Assembly (NCBI RefSeq): GCF_036321535.1
Contig: NC_087437.1
Coordinates: forward strand, 70,806,001-70,870,000
Source of the DNA: Camelus dromedarius
Taxonomy: Eukaryota
Length of the DNA stretch: 64,000 nt
Direction: 5' to 3'
Of the stretch, positions 39,180 through 51,570 are shown in pieces. The notes beneath the pieces were generated by a model. The model saw nothing but the letters and a program-made list of their open reading frames with translations. It was not told where the DNA came from and did not search any database. The position numbers were made by a program, and so were the translations under genes. Position 1 is the first letter of the stretch. Each line of letters starts with the position of its first letter.

Positions 39180-39420
39180 TCCGTGTGCGTGCTTGTGGTT
39201 ACCACTTCGCAGCTCCGCATCCCTACTCCAGTTACCTAGCACTGCGTATTTCTAGTCTTCTGACTGGCAAATCATTTTTGTTACAGTTCTTTTGTGTAAA
39301 AACAGTTCACAGAGTAGCTCTGTGTTAGACAAGGCATTAATCCTCACATCACCGGGGATGAGTCAGCACTGTGCACTCCTGCCCGCACGGCTCAGCTATT
39401 ATGACGTCAGCACCGGAGGG
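39180..39420. promoter_or_regulatory. bZIP-centred enhancer/promoter module (ARE/MARE + CRE)
   Basis: ATGAGTCAGCA 39358-39368, TGCACTC 39372-39378, ATGACGTCAGCA 39401-39412, TGCGTG 39186-39191, TGTGGTT 39194-39200; locally CpG-enriched. Confidence 0.6.
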
Positions 39421-40449
39421 CAAGCCTCAGACACAAGCGGTACAGGGGACTGGAGACCTGTGTCACAGATTAGAAATCGAGTGGAGACCTCCGAGATAAA
39501 AGACATAATTGAAAGGCTGTCTCTGGCTCACAGGAAAGTGTGAAACTGATTCTATGCTATATCAACCATCAATTCGGCAGCTTCGAGAGAGATCCAAGTT
39601 TTTAACCCAAGATGAGGCTGGACGAATGACCTGGAATGGGCTGACAGTCCGTGCATATACCCACTGACCTTCTCCCACCCCCAGGACAGGCTTTGTGCTT
39701 GCTTAGATTGTTCCAAATCCTGAGACTGCCTTTATTTCAAGGGTAGCAGGGCCTGTGACAGTCCTGCTGTCCTCAAGTGCCCCACAGACACAGCTGATGG
39801 CTCCAGATATGGTGCCCCAGGTGCCCGTCAAAGGGAAAAGAAGAGTTCCTTTGGAACAAATCAAAACATTATCTCCCCAGTGCTTCTGGCTCCTAGAGCC
39901 TCTTCGATGGCCTCCTCCAGATGGGCACTTTTTTCTGCCTGTTCGATCTGTTCTCCTCGGCATTGCATTCAGTCTAAAGTCCCAACCTGGATCTGACATA
40001 GATTTCAATAGGAGCTGAATAGCTTCCAGATGTTCCCCCCAAAGTTTTCCATCGCATTACTCTTCAGCCGAGACTGAGGAGAGCCCTCCCTAACCTGCCA
40101 GGCTGTCTTGAAACAGGTAGCACAGACTTGCCCTATTTGAGAAGCCAGGTTCTTACCAGTTAGAACTCTGTACAGTTCAGACTCAGACTCAGACTCATTC
40201 TCAGAACAATGCCTTTCAGTATTGAGCACTAAATGTCAAAAAGGCTGAAAATGCACTGCCTCGGTGACATTCTCTGTTAACAAGACATTCCTCCATCACA
40301 GTATCTACCCCTCACTCTTCCTTTCACCCTGTGATAGCCATCCAAAGTGCCTTACTGCTGGGGTCTTCTGCCTTCAGTAGATTGCTTAATAGGCTCCTAC
40401 CCTGCTTTTAGAAGCCACTACCACTGCTGGGTCAATTATCATGCACAGC

Positions 40450-41040
40450 TCTTTATTCAGTTTTCAGTCAACAAACGTTTAAGGAAAGCTAGTGACTGTG
40501 CTTGGTTCCTGGAACTGCAAGATAAATAAGATATGCCCTCTGTTGTTAAGAATCTCACAGTCCGGTAGGGAGGACACATAGCAAATAAAGGCCATACCAT
40601 GTAAGAGGCACTGGAATGGAAATATATACAAGATGTAGGGAGGGGAACCAGAAAGGAGTGCCCACCTGCCTGTGGGAGGTGGCCAAGCTGGGCCTAAAAG
40701 TCTAAAGAATGAATTGTAGTTTACCAGGTGTATGTAGGGGAGGGGAAAGAAACAGGGGATGATAATCAGGAAAAAAGCCAAGGCATTTACAAAGTCCAGA
40801 AGTGTCAAGCAGTGGCCAGATCCCGGCTCGTGGCTGGAGCATGGTGATTGAAAGAGGGGCCCCAGAGATGAGGCTGGGAAGTGGGCAGGAGGCAGATCAC
40901 GGAGGCCCTGTGTGCCAAGCAAAAGAGTCTGGACTTGAAGCGGAAAGCCTGGGGAGGCTTTGAAGAGTTTTACGTAGATTTATGTTTTAGGAAAGAGCAC
41001 TCCGGTAACGGCAGAGGTGGCTGACTGGGAGAAGGGACAC
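40450..41040 (-). mobile_element. L2 LINE 3' portion
   Basis: CAGTCAACAAACGTTTA...GAATCTCACAGTC...GGCAGATCACGGAGGCCCTGTGTGCCAAGCAAAAGAGTCTGGACTT. Confidence 0.8.
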
Positions 41041-41073
41041 CAGGTCTCAGGTGAAAGGCAAGGCCTGCACAGC

Positions 41074-41149
41074 GCTGTGGGCATGGTGTGGAGCTGTGGG
41101 CGTAGTGTGGAGCTGTGGGCGTGGTGTGGAGCTGTGGGCGTGGTGTGGA
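41074..41149. repeat. Minisatellite, 4 x 19 bp (GCTGTGGGCGTGGTGTGGA)
   Basis: Units start at 41074, 41093, 41112 and 41131; two single G>A substitutions. Confidence 0.97.
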
Positions 41150-44069
41150 GAGGGCAGGCTACGCACTAGTGCTGGCAGAGGCACTGACTTCTGCCTGATG
41201 GCAGCCTGGCTTGGCCCAGTGCGTAATCCTTGCCTTCCAGGATAAAGGCTGGTGTGCTGTGTGTGGCCAAATTTCAGGCCAAAACACACCTTTATGGGAC
41301 CTTCACTGAGACCTCAGTTTGAATCTGACCTCTCTCTGAGCTGCTGCCCACTGGTGTCCAGAGATGTGTGTCTCGTTGTCCTTTAGTGGACTTGGGGGAG
41401 TGGTGGGCAGAGGAGGAGCAGACACTGCCAGGGTCCTGCTTTCCTCTTCTTTCACCTGAAAATGAAACCATTTCTTAATAATGTTCCCCCCAAAGTCAGT
41501 CAGTGCCCCAGTTTCCTACCATTTTCCCATTGCTGCCCTTTGCTGAGAAGTTCCAAGCCACTGAACTGAAGTGCAACTTATGCACAGGCGGGTGTTGAAA
41601 CAATGCGGTATATTTGTTCCTTCTTTCTGAATTCGAGTTCACCATAAGTGTGCTTTTCTCTTGCTCACTTTGGGCTGCCAGGACAATTTAAAGGAAATTT
41701 TCAACAGCTTCTGTTTCATGTACCATGTTCTCTTTTGCAAATGGGAGGATATGTGTGGGTGTGTTTAAGTCTTCTCTGTATTACTTTCTGGAGAAAGGTT
41801 TGAGAAGATGAACAAGATAAGGAGTAGGGACCCACTGAAAGCCCAGGTCCCCTCAGTGACCTGAGTGCAAAATGTAGGCTGGTGATCAGATGGTCAATTA
41901 TGTGTTTGTCAAAACACAGTGGGCTGCATTCCAGGCTGCCAGCTTTGGAGGCCCAGCTTCTGCCAACCAAATGTCATCTGGGAACATGCAACACTGGGCA
42001 CTGTGAAGGAGTTTGAAATAGACCATGCCACAGCCAACCTACTGCCAGTCTTATAGCACCAATATGGCATGCACAGCCGGGCCCCATGTTTCAGAGCTCA
42101 GGAATTCACTGTACTAAATTCAAAAGGTCAGATGGGTTCATGTTTTCAAAGCCTATGTTCTCTGCTTTGAACATTGTGACTTGCTCCTCAGTGATTTCCA
42201 AGTGATTTTTTTTCCAGTCACATCTCTGTGGAAACCACTCTTTTTGTGATGGTTATGAGAGCCTTGTAAATGTCCCAGAGGAGAGGGAAAAAAAATAAAC
42301 TTGCTCTGACAATGACTATGATTCCAACAGAGGGATTCCAACTCTTCGAAAATTACATTAAAGGTGCATAGCTTTTAAAATATCAGGAACCACCTTGGCA
42401 ACTTATAAAAAGCAGAAGGGCTTTGCCTATTTTATAAAGTGATTTGCATATACCTGCATAAATAATGTCCCCACCTGTACTTTTATGCATTTAGGTTGAA
42501 TAAATTAAATTCAGTGATCTTTAAAATATTCACTGTCTTTCATTGCTCAGATACCATTTTCAGGACCCTTCCTCCTCGTTTTTTTCCTGTAGTAGTAGTG
42601 GCTATTTTTTTTTTTTTCAATCTTTTACTAATTCAGAGAATCAAAACATTCTGCAGACCAGTCTATCACAGCAAGGAGCAGTACCTTCCTCTGCTTGCAT
42701 TTCTCTTAGTCTTTCTACCTATTAGACCATGCTTTCCATATGCTTTTCATAAAGGAAATGGGGGAGTATATTACTAAAATGAAAACAGCACAAGATAGGT
42801 TTGTGCTCCACTACCTAGACGTATAAGACCTACACTGATCCGCATCTCAGGGACACACTCATATTAACCTTTCTTTCTTAGGCCATTGCCACCACCCCTT
42901 GAAGAACCATCTAGCCACTAAGCCATATTAATTATGCCTTGAGCCTTCAAATCAAAGCCTGGTTAGTAGGCCAGCCTTAAGAACAATTATCCCATAAGTA
43001 TTATTAAGCACTTACTATATATAAAAAATCATATTTAGTGGAGACTTAAAACATAAATCTAGGACATTGCCCTTGTTTGCTCTTAAGAAACTCAAAATTG
43101 AGTTAGGAAAGAAGTCATGCTACTGAGTGTTCCAATATGCATTTAAGATAATAAATAACAATTTCAAAAGGAATGATACAGTCCAATAAGTACTATAAGA
43201 TTTCATTCATGAAAGGGAGCCTTGAAGGCTGGAAAACTTCATGTAAAAGGCGATTGAGCTGGGCCTTGACAAATGGCTGGAATGTAAAAAAGATGAAGGG
43301 TAAAAGAATGCAATTCCAAGTAAAAGCATAAACCTAAGTGTGGGAATCTATGAAGGAGTACAATAAAGAGCACTGTTTTTCCCCACTCAGATTCTAAACC
43401 CACTGGAAAATAAGATGAAAGAACTGATAGCTGAGGAACCAAAATTTTTGCTAAAGGCTGGGTTGAAGGATGTGACTTAGCACGAGAGGTACAGTGGGCT
43501 CACAGAAGCCCGTCCTCCTAAGGGAAAACTTGAACCTGCAAAAGAACAACACTTTTCCAGGCCACTAGTCTCAGTAGTAAAGGAAGGAGAAAGACTAAAT
43601 TCCTGCACTTAGAAACTTTGGTAGATCAGTTCCACCCAACTCCACCTAACTGAGAAACATGGGCCAAGGGCTCTCTTATTAGCAGGATGACTCTCCTCCA
43701 TGGAGCAGTATGAGGAGTGAGACAAGAGGCAGGATGTGTTTAGAAAACTTTTTTATGGAAACTAGAAGTAGGGAATAGATATTCCTACAAACCCTGAGAT
43801 CTACAGGCTGAAAAACAAGAGGAAGAAGTATTGAGTGAGATGAAAATGGGAACCAGAGCCAAGAGGCCAAATAATCTCTCATCTGCCTAAGGGGACATCC
43901 CTGGGTTTGGAACCAGGAGTCATAGGATTATTGGAGATCTAAACTGAGGGTTTCTTTTCAGATTCTCAAAGTTAGCAGAATCACAATCTCGGGAACAGGC
44001 AAGAAATGAAGATAATGAACTAAAATCTAGTTGAGAAAGACAAAAATTCTTCACTTTTGTCAAACTAGT

Positions 44070-44305
44070 AATAACAGTAAGAAATAACATTTGTTGACTG
44101 CTTGCCTTTCTTTAGGCACTGGGCAAAATATTTTTAATGGTTATCTGACTTAACCTAAATTACTCTTATTAAGTAGATGGTATTATAATCCTAATTCTGA
44201 AGATGAAAGGGAGATCTAGCATGTTTGAGTGATTTTTTCCCAGAATGCCTAGGAAGTGATAGAGATAGAACTTGAATCCAAGATTGTTTGTCTTAAAAGC
44301 CTTGG
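44070..44305 (-). mobile_element. MIR SINE
   Basis: TAACATTTGTTGACTGCTT...AGGCACTGGGCAAA...GTAGATGGTATTATAATCC...GAACTTGAATCCAAG. Confidence 0.7.
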
Positions 44306-44309
44306 CCAA

Positions 44310-46980
44310 ATTTCATTAAACACAAGTGAATGTCTTCTAAATGCTGAAGATGAAATGTTGAGCAAAACAGACATGGCCTCTGCTTTGCTGGAGTTTTCAA
44401 TCTGGAAGATGGAAGATAGATATTAATTAGATGATCACATAAAAGAGCTTAGAATTACAAACTGTGCTTAGTGATGTGCAATAAAAGTGCCCAGTTTTCT
44501 AAGAACAAATATAAGAGGGGGAATCTCAGTGAGTCCAGAAGTACTGGAGACACTTCCTTGAGGAAGTGCCATTGAGCTAATAACAGAAGATGAAAAATAA
44601 GAAGTGACATCGGGTGGTGGAAGAGGTTTCTAGGCCGAGGGGACAGCATGAATGAAGGCCCTGAATACAGCTGAACGGAGAGAATGAGGTGAAGGGCAGC
44701 CCACGCCGAGGCTGAGGGGATAATACAGGGCATGGTGATGCTGGGATCTTGACTTGGGCTGCATTAAGGACTTGCCTCAGGGCAATGGGACAGCAAATTT
44801 AAGAATGAAAGTGGCGTGATCAATTTTGTATGTAAAGATCATGCTACTCTTGTACATTTATCCCAGACAGATGGAAACACATCCACACAAAAATCAAAGT
44901 TCATAGCAGTTTTATTCATAATAACCCCAGACAAGAAACAATTCAGATGTCCTTCAGTGAGTGAATGGTTAAATTGTGGTACAACCATACCCTGAAATAC
45001 TGCTCAGCACTCAAAAGTAATAACCTCTTGATACATACAACAACTTGGATTAATAACAAAGGCATTACAGAGTGAAAAAGCCAATCTCAAGATTGCATAC
45101 TTAATGATTCCATTTATATGGCATTCTGGAAATGACAAAATTATAAAGATGGAGAACAGATTAGTGGTTATCAGGGATTAGGAGTCGGGGAGTGATGAAA
45201 CTGACTATGGCTATAAAAGAGTAGCCCAAAATATTCTTGTGATTTAACAGTTCTGTATCTTGACTGTGGTGGTGATCATTGCAAATCTATACATAATGAT
45301 ACAGTTGCGTAGAACTAGATACACACACATACATGAGTGCATATAAAACTGGTGAAAAGTAAATAAAGTGGGTGGATTGTACCAATGTCAATTTCCCGAT
45401 TGTAATATTGTACTATAGTTACACAAGACAGTATATGGATCAAAATGGATAGAGAGCAAACCAGATCTCTCTGTATTAACTCTTACAATTGCATGATAAA
45501 CTACAAAAATCTTGAAAATACAAGTTAAAAAAAAAAAAAGATCACGCTAGTTTCATTGTGGTAAATGGTTTAGAAGGAGCAGAAGTAAGGAGGCTACTGC
45601 AACAGAACAGACAAGAGATAGATGAGGGTAGTGACAATGGGAATAGAAGAAAAGTGAATGGAACTGAGAGATAATTCAGAAGCAAAATACACAGGGGTTT
45701 CTCCTGGACGTGGTGTGGGAGATGCAGGAGAGAGAAATGCAACTATGACTACTGGTTTTATGCTTATAAAACAACATGGAGGACGGTTCCACTGAAGGTT
45801 ATACAAATCACCAGAGGAGAAATGGGGTGGAGGGAAGACTAGAAGATCTGTTTTTGAGATGTCTGATGTGAGATGCTTTTGATAGAGATAAGTGAGCATA
45901 CTGAGAAAGCAGATGAATATATACAGCTGGACTTCAGAAGTAAAGTGAAAGCGAATGAAGCTGTTGGCATGGATGATAATTGCCTGGGGATGGGGTTAAA
46001 TTGAGAAGAAGGCCCAAACTGGGGCTTGAAGAACTCTTAATATTTAATCAGCTAGTAGAGAAAAATGAGGCTGTGAATATCCTCAGAAGGAACAGCTAAG
46101 AAGTAGTAGGGAAATCAGAGAACATTGGCACAGAAGCCAAGAGAAGAAAATGTTTCAAAGAGAGTGGCAGTAGTGACCACTGAGAAGTCATGATCTTCGT
46201 AAGTTAAGGACTGAAAAATTTATCATTTATTATATTAATCTAGAGGTTATTGTTGACCTTAGCAAAAGGTAGTTTGTCATGGAAGCAGTAACCTGATCAT
46301 GATGGGATAAGGAAAGAGCAAGAGGTGAAAAAACAGAAACAGCAAACGTGGATAACTCTTAGAAGTCATAGCGGAAAGGAAGAGAAAATGAGCTAATATA
46401 GTATCTTAGGAATGGAGGAGTGAGGTAAAAGATGTTTTGGGAAAAAATGGAAATATTGGCATTTTCCTATGCTTAGAAGAAAACAGTAGAGGGGAGAAAT
46501 TCAGTGTATAGGAGAGACAAGAGGATGGGATGGTTGGTGGTGAGATTCCTGATAAGGAGAGAGGTGTGGAGTCCTGAGCATAAATGGAAGGGCAGAAGGA
46601 GGGGCATCGCTTCTGCAGTTACAAGAAAGAAGGAGGAAGGGTAGGGATAGATGCAAGCCCTGTGTGGGTTTGGCCGTGAGAGGCTGAGAGCTTTCCCAGA
46701 TGATGGCTCCTAAAGACAAGGTCCTGCTAGGAGTAAGTGAGGAGATTTGAGGAAAGTAGAGGTTTAAAAGAGTTCCTGGGACAAATGGGACGGTAGGTTG
46801 ACCAGAAGAATGTAGTAGGATTCTCCTTGACAATGTGAATCTGGTGGGTTAATTTGGGACCTGTCTGTCTTGTGTGATTTCCTTCAGCAGTTCAGTGGCC
46901 AAGGTGGAAGCTCAGAGGAGATGTGCATTTGAGTTCAAATTAGGATGGAGTTTTACCAAATATGTGTGAAAAGATGTTAG
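44310..46980 (-). mobile_element. Long L2 LINE interrupted by an L1MD-like insertion
   Basis: Reverse L2 signatures on both sides of the insertion (CTTCCTTGAGGAAGTG..ATTGAGCT; GAGGCTACTGCAA; GAGCTTTCCCAGATGATGGCT). Confidence 0.75.
44847..45536 (+). mobile_element. Old L1 (L1MD-like) 3' end with TSD
   Basis: ORF2-end/3' UTR motifs (GATTCCATTTATATGGCATTCTGGAAATGACAAAATTATA...GATGGAGAACAGATTAGTGGTT; GGATTGTACCAATGTCAATTTCC) and poly(A); 13-bp TSD AAAGATCATGCTA (44834-44846) / AAAGATCACGCTA (45537-45549). Confidence 0.9.
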
Positions 46981-47999
46981 GCATTTTAGCTGCTTTTGAT
47001 TCTAGTGAAGGCCAGAATGAAAAAGCAGTAAAAGGGCTCGGTTCAATTCTCTAAGCATCTGGTAAGCACCTACATTGTACCAGGCACTCTGTTTGCTACA
47101 GAAGGAAACAGTCTAGAGTCTAGTGAATTTTAAAGGCTGCCACCTAGTCCAAAAGGCCAGGAACAGGTGATTAGATAACCTCTGCCAAAAGACACAGAAA
47201 CCCATGTCATTACTTTTCTTTCTTCTGCTTGCTCCTTCCTCCCATCCCTCCCATTATTCTCTTGCTTTCTTACAAAATATCTGCCATCTGCCTTATGGCC
47301 AAGCCTCTAATATGCATCATACATATTCTGATTTCTAATAATTCTGATTTCTCCCATCATCATTTTGCTAAAATATTATCATTTAGGAACAATTTTTAGA
47401 TCATCTACTTGGTATTAGTACCATGTGATTTTCTCTAAATTTTAAGAGCTTCCATCTAACTGTACAAAAGGCTATTTATTGAAAAAAAGGGCTGGAGAGA
47501 GGAAGAGTGGGTAGGTAAGAGAGAAAGAGGAAAGAAGGGAAAGGAAGCTAATTACCTGTAGAAGACCTTCTGGAGCAGCTCACCCTTATTATTCAAGGGA
47601 ACTCCCACTTGAAATGAATAGAGGAGCTTCCATCCCTAATAATGACCTACACCTTCTGCCTCCAGAGTAGCTTCTGGACCTGGAGACATTCGAGACGACT
47701 GTAGATGACTAAATTCCAGCTTCTGGGAATACAGGACAGGATATGAAGGAGACCTGAAGAATATGGAAATCCCTAATTGCCAGTAGCAGTGGGATTCCTC
47801 ACTCTAATTTCCTCTAAGCATTATAAAATGGTGGCTTACAAAGAGGTGGTGGCAGTGACGGCCTGCCTTTATTTGAACACATCCCATTCTGCTAGATTCC
47901 CTTTACAGAATGATAGGGCCATTTGACTCAAAACTAAATTGCAGATACATCTGGGGTAAAATTTGGCAGCTGTTGAGCAAAGCAGCTGTATTTTTTTTA

Positions 48000-49250
48000 A
48001 TATTTGCTTCTTTCATGATTCTATAATTCACACTTCCTGTAAATATTAAGAAAGTATAGAGTACAGAGAAAATATCCATAATCTCACTAAACAGAAAAGA
48101 AAACCATTATTACCCATTTTTAAAACATCTTCTAGTTTTTTCTCTGAATGTTAACATAATTGAGCATACATTATATGTATAGGGTTATATCCTATTTTTT
48201 TATTAAATATTATGTAATAAGCACTTCCCAGTGTAACTATATCCTCTTTATAAGTGCCATCATCATGTCAGAATAATTTTCTATCATATAAACCCCCCAG
48301 AATTTACTTAACTATGCCCTAGATATAGATTTGAGTTATTTCTAGTACTTGAGCTTTTATGCCTTAAAGTCCTTTAAGATAAGAGCTGTAATGTGTCACA
48401 TGAATTGTCAAACTTGGAGGAAACTTGAGGCAGGCAGTGATGTCACCCTCCAGAGAGTGGTCAGGCGATAATGTCACCCTATTAAGAGAGTTACTAATTG
48501 TTAATGACTGTGAAACTCATATTTGAGTTTTTAAGTGGTTGTTATGGAGTTTTTCTAAGCTTTTGCCCCCCTAAAGTTAAAATTCTAATTTTAACTTCTG
48601 AAAAGTACACATTTAGTTTTGTTTGAATTTGTTACAGTGATGATAAAAAGCCATTCAAAATCTCACCACCCAGAGATAACCACTGGTAACACTGTTGGAA
48701 GTATATTTCCAAGTATATCTGTTTATCTGTCTCTTTTTCTTTCTCTTTGCCTTTCTCTTTCCAAAATGAGAGGAAAATCTACTTGCTGCTTTGAAATCTG
48801 CTTTCTTTTTAATCAACATTGTAATAGGCATTTTCCACATTAATAAATATAGATCTACATTATATTTTTGACAGCCACATTGTACTCCAGTATATGGGTA
48901 ATTTATTGAATAAGTCACTTATTGATGAATATGTAGGATATTTGGAAATTTTTTCTAACTAAACAATGCTACAATAACAATCTCTATACACATATGCATT
49001 TTTTAAAAAATTCACTTGCCTGATTATTTCCTTAAGATAAATTTCTAATAGTGGAACTGCCAAAGTAAAATTTATCTTCTGCTAAAATGTCCTCCAGTAA
49101 AGTTGTATTAATGTGTACCCTCACCAGCAAAGAAAGAGTCTGCCCATTTCTCTGCATCTTCACTAATTCTGTAATTGTCAATTGTCATTTTCTCCACATA
49201 AGTGAATACTTTCATACTGGAGGTACAAGATGCTTTTCCCAAGTGTATAA
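48000..49250 (-). mobile_element. Ancient L1ME-like fragments (about 48000-48350 and 48600-49250)
   Basis: CACCACCCAGAGATAACCACTG..AACA; AAACAATGCTACAATAACA; GATAAATTTCTAATAGTGGAACTGC; ACCCTCACCAGCAA. Confidence 0.65.
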
Positions 49251-51518
49251 TGAAGGCTGAAACCTTAAAGAAGAATATATTAAATTTTATTACATGCAAA
49301 TAAAAATCACTATGGTAGAGAGTATTTTTGAAAAACTGGGGAAAATACTGTGACATACCCCTAATACTTCAGAGTAGGTATAAATCAACAATGAAAAGGT
49401 GAATAGCACAGTAAAACTTGGAAAGGGCAAATGAGCAGCCTAACAAGCATGTAGTTGTGTAGTCTCATTCTTTGCTGCAAAGGCAGTGCCCTGTCAAGTC
49501 CTGCGAGGTCACCGCAGGCACCGTTTCCTGTGCTCTGTGAGCAGCCCCACCCTCACCGCTCTCCCAGGGTGCGTTGTGGGAGCAAAGCCCCACTCGGGGA
49601 CCTGCAGGCTTCTGGGGGAGGGACAGCTAGTATTTCCCCGTGCTGCATCCATTTATGTGTATTTGACATCACCATCCCCCAGAGGAGCAGGCTTTCACAT
49701 GAATGTGAAAATGATCGTCTGAGCTCTGCCATCAGACTCCAGAATCAGTAAATTATTGGGAAGGGAAAAATCCACACTAGCAACATTGCCTGATCCATGT
49801 CTCCAGGGCAGAATTGACACTATTCTTCTACCAGATGTAGATAGAGATTTCTGGATGTTCTCATAAATAAAGTGCTAGAGGCCATGTCATCAGTGTCCTC
49901 CACCTTCCCCTCTCTCTCTCTGACTCCCATGTGTATTACTACATACTTAATGAAATGGAATTTTTTCAGCAACTTCAGGGAAAGTGAAAGACGCTAGAGA
50001 GGCAGAGATGCCACGCTGACAGCATCAGCCCCTGCCCTCCATCGTGCAAACTGACAAACTGTGTTTTGGGATGGGGAGCATCTGGTTCTCAGAGTGTGTA
50101 CCCCAGGTCTTTCAGAGGGGCGGGAGTTGTGCAGCACTGTTCTGAGTGATAATTGGAGCATTCCTTCAGTGCAAAAAGTTCATTTGCAGATGACAAGGAT
50201 GGCAAATGCCCGGGGACATTCTTTCTCCATCTAACTGAAAACCATGTACATGAATGTCAGTCATATGCAGTGACGTAAATCCTCAGGCAGTGTCCAAAAA
50301 AGAAGCAGAAAAGAGGCAATCATGTTGAAGAATGTACAGAAGCCCCTTTAAACCAACCACAAGCCAAGACAAGTGGAAGGAACTAGGCCTAGTAATTGAC
50401 CCCTTCTCTACCTGAGTAGTGAAACTGGGGGAGCACGTGATGACGAACTAGGTTTCAGTGATGCGTCCAGAGCAGTTAGGGGCCACGCTGCTGTCGTTGT
50501 TGGCTCAGTATAGTGAGGGCCCAGGGTGCTGAATGCCTGGCTTTCTTAATGATGCGTTTAGAAAACTTGAGATGTTATACACCTGCTTCTATAACATAGC
50601 CTGTACTCAGGCCAAACGGGGACACCACAATGATGATCAAAGTTGGAGTTGTTAATTAATATTGAGTCTTCCTCTCGTTCTTTCTCACCCTTTTCTTTTC
50701 TTCCCCAAACATGGTTGCCAATTCAAATCTTGGCCAGGGTGTGCGTATAGGATACACATTATATATATACAAGCACACGCACACACATATATACACACAC
50801 ATATATATGTGCACACATTATATGGTACATGTGTAACCTACTTTTCAGAGTTTTTCTACTCTCTTGTATAAGAGGTCTTTGTAGTGGATAGACTTAAGGG
50901 CTTATTTTTCGTTCATTAGATCCTTCTTTTATGCACTCTTTCTGGGGTGTCTTTTGTTATTTCTAATTCCTTTTAATGTGGGGTTATTGCAAACAAATCA
51001 TGCATACCTACCTTATTCCAGAGAATCATTTCCAGATATTGATTTAGAATGAGCCACCGTACCTCTCACACTTTGGTAGGCTAAAACCGATTCCACCTTC
51101 AGTTCCTCCATGTAAATTTCTAAGCTTTTTATATATGGAAAATGAATATCACCTCTAATTTAAAATTAACCCTATATTTTGGGTGAAAGAAGCATTATTT
51201 CTCATGACAGAATTTGAGTAAAAGGTACACTTAAATCCTTTAACAGTGTCCTTCAGTCTGGTCCTTACAGACTAGTCAAGGATGCATAAGAGAAGTAATA
51301 GGAAGTCTCCAGTTAGAATCACTTTCTGGGATTTCTCTTCCTGCTTTTCCCCATCATCATCCATATTTGAATAATGTCCACTGCATTGGTTCTTCACCAG
51401 TAGGTTCCACATACTCCTCTACCACTTTTGTAATAGCACTTTTCAGTGAAGGTTAGGAAGAATCTTAATACCATTTAGTTTTCCTAAAATGCATAAAGTA
51501 TCTGTTGACAAGGTCTGC

Positions 51519-51570
<52 letters not shown>
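51519..51570. repeat. (CTAT)13 / (GATA)n tetranucleotide microsatellite
   Basis: Perfect run read directly. Confidence 0.98.

Noticed and set aside
41074..41149. CRISPR-like array
   Set aside because: Head-to-tail tandem units without spacers, in mammalian DNA; it is a minisatellite.
41343..41360. Second CTCF-like motif (also the CTCF-like position inside MER20 near 19470)
   Set aside because: Two or more mismatches at core positions.
43972..44035. Acceptor followed by protein-like FSKLAESQSREQARNEDNELKSS* (similar cases at ~32866 and ~54420)
   Set aside because: No recognisable homology and no consistent exon chain; not supportable as coding.
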